A program made the translations under genes and the position numbers. A stretch of DNA of 64,000 bases from a virus: positions 42,972 through 106,971 of the IMG/VR virus record IMGVR_UViG_3300030397_000229; one strand, given 5' to 3'. Positions 57,989 through 64,000 of the stretch are shown here, in pieces. Below the pieces are notes generated by a model that ran no database searches, was not told the origin of the DNA, and saw nothing but the letters and a program-made list of their open reading frames with translations. Numbering within the stretch: the first letter of the stretch is position 1; each line of letters begins with the position of its first letter.

Positions 57989-58207
57989 TTATACTCTAAG
58001 GTCAGGACGTCTGTCTACAAGGGCAAAGACACCAGACACGAGGGCAAGGAATATAATGACGACAACCCAAAACATCCCGTCTGAGGTGACCTTTTCTTCA
58101 GCCCTAGCCTGGGGAATATAAGGATCACACTCACAAGTGTGACATAGGTGTATGGTGTTATCTTTGGGTGTTCCGCAGTCTAGCTGCTTTCCAGAGTCTT
58201 CTTGCAT
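57989..58207 (-). CDS. Small membrane protein with Cys/His cluster (HLCHTCEC) and C-terminal TM helix
   Basis: Likely ATG 58207. Hydrophobic stretch 'MFWVVVIIFLALVSGVFALV'. Confidence 0.5.
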   Translation of the reverse strand: MQEDSGKQLDCGTPKDNTIHLCHTCECDPYIPQARAEEKVTSDGMFWVVVIIFLALVSGVFALVDRRPDLRV

Positions 58208-58514
58208 GAATGTTCGCCTCGTTGAGATCGATTTGGAAGTACGGCCCACCATATTTATTTATAGCCCACTCTACATAGTATGATAGAACAAGCTGACTTA
58301 TGCTGCCCATCCAGGGCTCAATCAGTTTATCGTAAGGCAGAGCGAAGTTCGTACACTCGTATGGTGAGGGCTTGACAGCTTTTATTCTCTTGTAGATTCT
58401 CCAAGGCCCGAGGCAGGTCTTCTTAGCCTTCCTGATCTCTCTTTCAATTTTCCAAGTTTTCTTTTGAGTATTAGCCTTCTTAAATCGCACTTGTCTCTTA
58501 ACAATTCTCGACAT
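58158..58514 (-). CDS. Basic hypothetical protein
   Basis: 118-aa ORF in the run of minus-strand small genes. Confidence 0.5.
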   Translation of the reverse strand: MSRIVKRQVRFKKANTQKKTWKIEREIRKAKKTCLGPWRIYKRIKAVKPSPYECTNFALPYDKLIEPWMGSISQLVLSYYVEWAINKYGGPYFQIDLNEANIHARRLWKAARLRNTQR

Positions 58515-58535
58515 GGGTCAGGCCATTCCCATTCT

Positions 58536-58715
58536 CTAGAACGATCTTCCCCTGTTATGTACGCTCCATAATTCATAGGGCCAGAATAATAATGACTTCC
58601 ACCAGTTATGCTTAGTCACTCTATACATAGAGCATTTAATTGATCTCTTTCCTACTATATTTGCACAGCCAGAGAAGATATACAGGAAGGTGACATATCC
58701 TAGTAGAGCTACCAT
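58536..58715 (-). CDS. Small membrane protein
   Basis: ATG overlaps the upstream stop (ATGGTAG). N-terminal hydrophobic stretch ending FSGC. Confidence 0.45.
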   Translation of the reverse strand: MVALLGYVTFLYIFSGCANIVGKRSIKCSMYRVTKHNWWKSLLFWPYELWSVHNRGRSF

Positions 58716-58891
58716 TCTATATCTCCGTCTATGGTACCCCAGATGAGAGCACATATGATTATCCATATACTAGGCACTAGCACTATGAACCAGATCCAGA
58801 ATGTAGATAGACATATTCCTATACCGAAGAAGCCTACAGATGCTAGAGCGAGCTTTGGGTGAGCCTTAATGAATTCTTTGATCTTTCCCAC
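58709..58891 (-). CDS. Small membrane protein (two hydrophobic segments)
   Basis: 60 aa: 'LALASVGFFGIGICLSTFWIWFIVLVPSIWIIICALIWG'. Confidence 0.55.
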   Translation of the reverse strand: MGKIKEFIKAHPKLALASVGFFGIGICLSTFWIWFIVLVPSIWIIICALIWGTIDGDIEW

Positions 58892-59078
58892 GGTGCATTC
58901 CTTTCAGGAGGGCAGCCAAGACAGCATCAGCTATCCTTTCTACTGGTCTAGCCCATCGGTTGTTCTCTATGGTGATTGATAACCGGCGTCTCTGGCACTC
59001 TCTATATATTCTCCAGAATTTTAAGTTCCTTTTAGTCCACTTTAGATGATCTTTCTTCCACCAATGTTCATTAACCAC
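58866..59078 (-). CDS. Possible basic hypothetical protein
   Basis: 3' part of the 124-aa track ORF, with a GTG start outside the sigma gene. Confidence 0.3.
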   Translation of the reverse strand: MVNEHWWKKDHLKWTKRNLKFWRIYRECQRRRLSITIENNRWARPVERIADAVLAALLKGMHRGKDQRIH

Positions 59079-59091
59079 AAGGAGCCATGTT

Positions 59092-59910
59092 ATGAGTAAG
59101 CCTTCTAAGAAGACGAATAATGTAGGCCGCCTCACAGATCTCAATGAGGGCCAGGATGAAGAGGAGGCAATGAGCCATGATGAGTTCCTCCTGTGGTTTT
59201 TGGAAAAGAACAAGGGCATTATCAATAGGTATATCCACAAGCGGATGATACCTAATAGATATGCCTACTCGGATGTGCGTGCTTATATATCTGAGCGCAT
59301 CCTAGACATCCTTCAGAAGAGGGAGGCCAAGGGCAACCCCATCAAGGAACCCAAGATATATTTCACCAAGCTCATAGACTATTACTGCATAGAATTCCAG
59401 CGCATGCATGGATATATCTATGGCATGCCCAAGAGACCTCGTGCTCCAGAGGCGGAAAAAGAAATAAGCCAGTATGGCTTTGTCTATTTCCACACAGACC
59501 CTGAATCTACCCTTGACAGTGAGGGTCAGCTTGGGTACATAGACAACACCGTTACGAATCCGGAACGGTTTAAAGACTACAAAGTAAAGGGCCTCGACCC
59601 TGGAACTAACTCAGACGCATGGGACCAGATCATGAAGATGGCTATTGAGGATGACAGAGCGGTCCTGACATGTGTCTACAAGTACAACATGAGTGTGCCC
59701 GAGGCCTCTAGACACTTAGGGATATCAGTGTCTACAGCCTATATGCGGAGAGACAGGGGTCTCTTAGCTATCTCTGGTACTCTGGTCAGCTACGTTGATC
59801 TTGATCAGACCAGCTGGCGCATTCTTGATGACGTAGCAAACTTAGAAGAAGAGGAAATATCAGTTGACCAGTTCATCAGAAATAGAGGCAAAAAGCCGGA
59901 TACAGTATAG
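59092..59910 (+). CDS. Phage sigma-70/ECF-like RNA polymerase sigma factor
   Basis: Region-2-like 'IINRYIHKR...DVRAYISERILDIL...YFTKLIDYYCIEFQR' and region-4 HTH 'MSVPEASRHLGISVSTAYMRRDRGL'. SD AAGGAG. Confidence 0.7.
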   Translation: MSKPSKKTNNVGRLTDLNEGQDEEEAMSHDEFLLWFLEKNKGIINRYIHKRMIPNRYAYSDVRAYISERILDILQKREAKGNPIKEPKIYFTKLIDYYCIEFQRMHGYIYGMPKRPRAPEAEKEISQYGFVYFHTDPESTLDSEGQLGYIDNTVTNPERFKDYKVKGLDPGTNSDAWDQIMKMAIEDDRAVLTCVYKYNMSVPEASRHLGISVSTAYMRRDRGLLAISGTLVSYVDLDQTSWRILDDVANLEEEEISVDQFIRNRGKKPDTV

Positions 59911-60100
59911 AATCAGCTTTGAGGAGGTAGCTAGGCTCCTCAATTATTACGAAGGTCTACCGGAGGGAGGTCAGGTGATACGCATCTGGGTAGACAATGA
60001 ACGAGAACAAGTTAAGGTCCTCATCGACGGACCTGAACTATATTTAGTCCCGGAGGGAGGTGAGACTCCCGAACGCACCATCAAGGTAGGAGGCATATAA
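59864..60100 (+). CDS. Hypothetical protein
   Basis: 78 aa, TAATG-coupled to the next gene. Confidence 0.55.
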   Translation: MTSSSEIEAKSRIQYRISFEEVARLLNYYEGLPEGGQVIRIWVDNEREQVKVLIDGPELYLVPEGGETPERTIKVGGI

Positions 60101-62034
60101 TGATTAAAATAAGGAACGCTCCGAAGGGTAAGTTCCTTCTAAATGCAGTAGTCCCTAGGGACAACCCTGATGACTTTGTTGTAGTTGACGGTGCTAGTGG
60201 CTGTCAGAATGACCGAGTGACAGACAATGCTGTTGAGGTAACAGCACTAGTGGACGGCGGTGACGAAGGAGGTGATCTAACTTTCAACGTATCTATCCAG
60301 GAAGATGAGCCAGGCGTAGACCTGTCGGGCTTTGATCCCATTCTGTTAGAGGGCTTAAGAGCAACCCCAACAGCTATCCAATTGGAGATTACAAAGGATG
60401 GCCACAGACATCGCATACCCCTCTCGGGTACTGCTCATTTCAAAGGATTTTATAGATACGGAAGTTGCAAGATCACTGGCAAGTATGCCACTGAAGGCGG
60501 AGGCTTAGGCTTCCAATGGTGGCTCACTACTTATGCGCATAGTAAGCAGGTCGACCTGATTCTCAATGTGCACAATGGTATCCCAGGTCCTCCAGTATGG
60601 TTTGACAGCATGCGTTTGCTCACTCCTGATGGTTGGACATGGAGGCCCATGTTACATGACCCCTGTATGGGTGATGGGTTCCTCGTTAAGCCTCACGGCC
60701 GTAACGTCTTCCCACAACGTATGGAGAGATCATTTAGAGTATGCTTCTTCCCAGAGCATGAGCTCGAAGGGTGGTACGACAGACATCCAATCAACGGATG
60801 GGGTGTTGCCGACTGGCACAAGCACTATCTACCTCAGGGCACAGCTCTTCCAAAAGACATAGATAGAGTTGGGACGATTGTCAACAGGTTCAATCGTGCT
60901 CAAGGCAGGCTAGCTAACAACCAAGCTAGTGAGCCTGGTGATTCTCCCTGGGCCCCTCTTTGGCCAGGGGAAGGTGTTCGATATGGCGGTATGACTGGTG
61001 GTGTAGACATCTGGCAGACGCCTGGTGCTACTGAAGCCCTTGCTCCTGTCCCTGAGTCAATTAAGTTGATGTGGCTTAAGCAGTTGCGCTACCGCTCGAG
61101 ACAGAAGGGATGCATTTACAAGCGTAATGGTGACCCTGACTATAGGTCAGACGCCAAGATGTTCAACAGTCAGTTCCTGAGGGACAGTGATGACCCTTGG
61201 AATTGGGATCGTTGGAGTGATGTATCCACTGGGTGGGACCCCATCGATAGTCAACACTACATTAGAGCCATGAAAGACAGTTTGGCTCTAGCGTGGTTGA
61301 CTAATGATCCACTCTCGAAGCTTTATCTGAGGATGGATAGCAACATCACGAGGATGTCATTCAGTAACAGGCTTCCCTCTTCACCTGGCAAAGGTGGCGG
61401 TGGTAGAGCCGAGGGCTGGGCTGGCGTGCTTGTCTGTGCTTCCTATCAACTCGATGGCGGAGAAGGTAGACTCAAGTGGATAGCAGACTATGCCCTCAAC
61501 TATGCTACTAGGATGATGCCTAGTGGTATGCTACCTGCTACTAATCTATATAAGATAGCTGAGGACCCACCCTTTAATAGTAGGTTCTGGGCAGGCAGGT
61601 CTAATGAGCATATTTATATGATGCACGGCCTAAAGGCGTGCGCTGTATCTTTAGGTCCAGCTGGCTTGGCTTTAGCTTCAACCCTAGAAAAGGGCCTTCA
61701 AGCCCTCTCAGACTATGCTTGGGGAGGTGGTGCCACGTACAGAAAGTACGTCGCAGGCCCCAATGACGGGAGTGGCCACAGGTACGCATCCAAGGATGAG
61801 TGGCCACCTGATCTGAATATGTCTGCGGTCGGTACCGATGGATACCAATGTGGCAACGTACCAGGACTCGCATGGTATTGTGGTCTGTTCCTCAGAGATA
61901 TTTTGTTGGACTACTGCAATAAGGACAGTGTAGAAGAAGCGCGTCAATGGTTCGTGGCACAAGCACACTCCACTGACAACCTTGAGAACATTGCACTCTC
62001 CGTCGCGGCCTTACAGCGCGGCGCAGAGATCTAA
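60100..62034 (+). CDS. Large putative enzyme, paralog of 53623-55974
   Basis: 644 aa. Motifs shared with the 783-aa ORF are listed above. Confidence 0.45.
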   Translation: MIKIRNAPKGKFLLNAVVPRDNPDDFVVVDGASGCQNDRVTDNAVEVTALVDGGDEGGDLTFNVSIQEDEPGVDLSGFDPILLEGLRATPTAIQLEITKDGHRHRIPLSGTAHFKGFYRYGSCKITGKYATEGGGLGFQWWLTTYAHSKQVDLILNVHNGIPGPPVWFDSMRLLTPDGWTWRPMLHDPCMGDGFLVKPHGRNVFPQRMERSFRVCFFPEHELEGWYDRHPINGWGVADWHKHYLPQGTALPKDIDRVGTIVNRFNRAQGRLANNQASEPGDSPWAPLWPGEGVRYGGMTGGVDIWQTPGATEALAPVPESIKLMWLKQLRYRSRQKGCIYKRNGDPDYRSDAKMFNSQFLRDSDDPWNWDRWSDVSTGWDPIDSQHYIRAMKDSLALAWLTNDPLSKLYLRMDSNITRMSFSNRLPSSPGKGGGGRAEGWAGVLVCASYQLDGGEGRLKWIADYALNYATRMMPSGMLPATNLYKIAEDPPFNSRFWAGRSNEHIYMMHGLKACAVSLGPAGLALASTLEKGLQALSDYAWGGGATYRKYVAGPNDGSGHRYASKDEWPPDLNMSAVGTDGYQCGNVPGLAWYCGLFLRDILLDYCNKDSVEEARQWFVAQAHSTDNLENIALSVAALQRGAEI

Positions 62035-62209
62035 GATACCTTAGCGTCGTCTTGCACTTCACTATTACAGCGTGACATCGTGAGGCTTCTCGCATATGCT
62101 TAAGCCATACACCTGATATTCTAGACACACCACCGAGCCGCATTTCAGCTGCTCTCTTACGGTATCCCCTCCTCTCCTTCACTGCGGCTGAGATGAGGGG
62201 ATCCTTCAT
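61892..62209 (-). CDS. Basic hypothetical protein
   Basis: ATGA-coupled to the upstream minus-strand gene. Its 3' end overlaps the convergent gene by 143 nt. Confidence 0.4.
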   Translation of the reverse strand: MKDPLISAAVKERRGYRKRAAEMRLGGVSRISGVWLKHMREASRCHAVIVKCKTTLRYLRSLRRAVRPRRRVQCSQGCQWSVLVPRTIDALLLHCPYCSSPTKYL

Positions 62210-62505
62210 TTATTACCATTCATATGTAGCTCGCCTAGCATGCCTCTGCCTCTCATCAGCGAGCTACTCCAAGGGAGTCTGGACTTCCAGAACACTATAG
62301 ACTTTGTGATCTCTCTAACCCTACCACTGTACTCTGTGATGAGCTTCAGTTTACTCTCGAGCGTGAGATCCATATCACTGAGGCGTGTACCATCCTTCAG
62401 TTCTCTTAGAGTTCTCTTGTAGGTCTTCCTCCGTGCAGATAGGGTTCTCACTCTCTCCTTATCTATGTTAGCAGCATGCCTTCTATCATCCAAAGAGATA
62501 CGCAA
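62206..62505 (-). CDS. Basic coiled-coil hypothetical protein
   Basis: 99 aa, TTG start about 11 nt after GGAGG. Confidence 0.5.
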   Translation of the reverse strand: MRISLDDRRHAANIDKERVRTLSARRKTYKRTLRELKDGTRLSDMDLTLESKLKLITEYSGRVREITKSIVFWKSRLPWSSSLMRGRGMLGELHMNGNK

Positions 62506-62587
62506 GGATCATTAACCCTCCAGTTACCACTACCCACAATACTATAGGTAGGATGCCTATAGAATCTATGTCTTGCCTAAAGCTCAT
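62486..62587 (-). CDS. 33-aa single-TM peptide (MSFRQDIDSIGILPIVLWVVVTGGLMILAYLFG)
   Basis: Read manually. It overlaps the stop of the upstream gene and the start of the downstream gene, and has one clean hydrophobic helix. Confidence 0.5.
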   Translation of the reverse strand: MSFRQDIDSIGILPIVLWVVVTGGLMILAYLFG

Positions 62588-62816
62588 CAGCCCCTCCAAA
62601 CAAGGCTGCAACAAGGTACCCCAGTATACATAGTACTATAACTATACCCAGGACTGTAAACAGTCCCGAGAAGAATGCACCTACTCCACCAAGCCCCATA
62701 GACTTGCCTAGGGCAGTAAGTCCTACAACAACAGCCGTTCCCATAGCTGTGACTACCGCGCCTACCATGACATAGATGCCTATATACTTAGGCTGAAACT
62801 TAAGGCCTTTCTTCAT
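62577..62816 (-). CDS. Small two-TM membrane protein
   Basis: 79 aa with two hydrophobic helices. Confidence 0.6.
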   Translation of the reverse strand: MKKGLKFQPKYIGIYVMVGAVVTAMGTAVVVGLTALGKSMGLGGVGAFFSGLFTVLGIVIVLCILGYLVAALFGGADEL

Positions 62817-63138
62817 CTGTCTCGTCGTCGGGTTGCAATAAATCTTCTAGCTCATCTTCATCATCAAATAGCCAATCTCTGAACTCCTGTTCATCAAGGT
62901 CCTCTTGATAGACCTTCCGCATCTCTACCTTTTCTTGTACTATATCTACAACTGAGCCTATGCCATAAGCAACAGCTAGTCCAGCTGCTATTAGTACAAG
63001 GCCTAGTAGGCCGGCTGTGATGATTCCAGCACCGTCTCCTAGTACAGCCATCCCCAAGAAAAACGATAGACACAAAACCATGAAAGCTATTCCTCCCCAG
63101 AGGAATCCCATGGTTATTCTGTAGTTGATGTCACCCAT
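62800..63138 (-). CDS. Two-TM membrane protein with acidic C-terminal tail
   Basis: Likely ATG 63138. Two hydrophobic helices followed by 'EDLDEQEFRDWLFDDEDELEDLLQPDDETDEERP'. Confidence 0.6.
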   Translation of the reverse strand: MGDINYRITMGFLWGGIAFMVLCLSFFLGMAVLGDGAGIITAGLLGLVLIAAGLAVAYGIGSVVDIVQEKVEMRKVYQEDLDEQEFRDWLFDDEDELEDLLQPDDETDEERP

Positions 63139-63145
63139 AATGATC

Positions 63146-63181
63146 AAAAAAAAGGAGGCCAGGCTTTTACACCTGACCTCC
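63146..63181 (-). terminator. Rho-independent terminator
   Basis: Minus strand reads GGAGGTCAGG-tgtaaaag-CCTGGCCTCC followed by T8 (10-bp stem with one G-U pair). Confidence 0.8.
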
Positions 63182-63231
63182 CCTAGACACCGCTAAGCAC
63201 CCGGTTAGGGGCGCCACGGAAACGTTCGCTG

Positions 63232-63885
63232 TTAGCACCCAGCGCATCCACAAGGGCAAGGTGCGTGGAAGTCATCCCCTGAGCAAGCGTTATCTATATA
63301 ACCACTTGCTGCCTGATAGCAACACCCTGTTACTGCTACTGCTCCTGTATAAGATAACTCTAGATCTTCTTGGTGAGCATTCACGAACAGGAAGTCATGC
63401 TCTAATCCTCCTAACAGTGTGCCATATTCCCCTAGTCCAGGGAACCACCTGTTTGAACAGAAACCTGTCCAACATCCGGTAACACCAGAAACACCATCCG
63501 GATGTCCGAGGACTGTGACTGGTGTACAGATACCTGTACCTGTCAGGATTTCTATGTCGCAGTAGCTGAAGCATCCTGAACTCCACCCGTCATATGAATC
63601 ATATTCTGTACCTCCGTTACCGGAGAAGTTATCATCACAGAAACGCAAGGTAGTAGCATCAGCTAGAACCTCATACTGGTTCTCGCCTTCTTCAGTTAGT
63701 TCCGATATCAATGTGAATATAGGATATAGCCTACCCTTATTGATATGAGTTATCTTTATCTTTCTGTAGTGTCTATCTATTAGTTCCTGAGTGGTTTCCC
63801 CAGGGTTTTGAGTGGTAGTCCAGACTTGGTCTGCTCCTAACCCTAGAGCATCTCCATCAGTCGTAATAGTTAACTTCGTTGCCAT
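63232..63885 (-). CDS. Cys-rich, (S/T)G-rich hypothetical protein
   Basis: 217 aa with a strong SD (GGAGGT), 13 Cys all in the last ~135 aa, ending PCPCGCAGC, followed by a terminator. Confidence 0.7.
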   Translation of the reverse strand: MATKLTITTDGDALGLGADQVWTTTQNPGETTQELIDRHYRKIKITHINKGRLYPIFTLISELTEEGENQYEVLADATTLRFCDDNFSGNGGTEYDSYDGWSSGCFSYCDIEILTGTGICTPVTVLGHPDGVSGVTGCWTGFCSNRWFPGLGEYGTLLGGLEHDFLFVNAHQEDLELSYTGAVAVTGCCYQAASGYIDNACSGDDFHAPCPCGCAGC

Positions 63886-63931
63886 ACTTTACCTCCAATT
63901 AGTATACTAATATAGCTCAAACGAGCTCATT

Positions 63932-64000
63932 CTATTTCCGCTCAGGAGCTTCCTGTGATGCGTCTATCTTTTTCCACTTACCTCTGGGACCAGGAGGTAG
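63932..64000 (-). CDS. 3' end of a gene truncated by the window edge
   Basis: Open from the edge: LPPGPRGKWKKIDASQEAPERK-TAG. Confidence 0.4.
   Translation of the reverse strand, partial: LPPGPRGKWKKIDASQEAPERK

Noticed and set aside
62542-62562. Perfect 7-bp inverted repeat CTATAGG-N7-CCTATAG
   Set aside because: It lies inside the 33-aa membrane ORF, has no U-tract, and I saw no second copy. It is likely chance in a CTAG/TATAG-rich genome.
1-64000. Stop-codon reassignment (TAG is very frequent off-frame and almost all genes end in TAA)
   Set aside because: Genes are long and dense under the standard code, and TAG ends at 21840, 34981 and 38922 coincide with coupled downstream starts.

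Overview
Fragment of a large (probably jumbo) contractile-tailed phage genome, read in the standard genetic code. Bases 2-55974 form one co-directional virion-structure cluster whose genes are nearly all chained by stop/start overlaps (TAATG). It runs from a giant baseplate hub (5'-truncated) through a gp25-like wedge, baseplate J and further wedge/appendage proteins (CBM-like, beta-helix, FN3, LamG-like, a Pro/Gly-rich linker). Next come a four-member paralogous structural family and two repeat-rich tail fibres. Signal-peptide/lipoprotein genes, an HNH endonuclease and a 20-aa CPKCG micro-ORF are interleaved among the structural genes. One paralog is split into three ORFs, with a cargo gene inserted exactly inside a GLF|GKKKKK motif. 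Bases 55969-64000 are a mixed-strand accessory region: IMPDH/GMP-reductase-like enzyme, prolyl-hydroxylase-like 2OG-Fe(II) oxygenase, ECF-like sigma factor, a second copy of a large putative enzyme, small membrane proteins and a Cys-rich protein with its own terminator. No tRNA, rRNA, CRISPR array, reverse transcriptase or intein was recognised. All functional calls come from motif recognition by eye; no searches were run.
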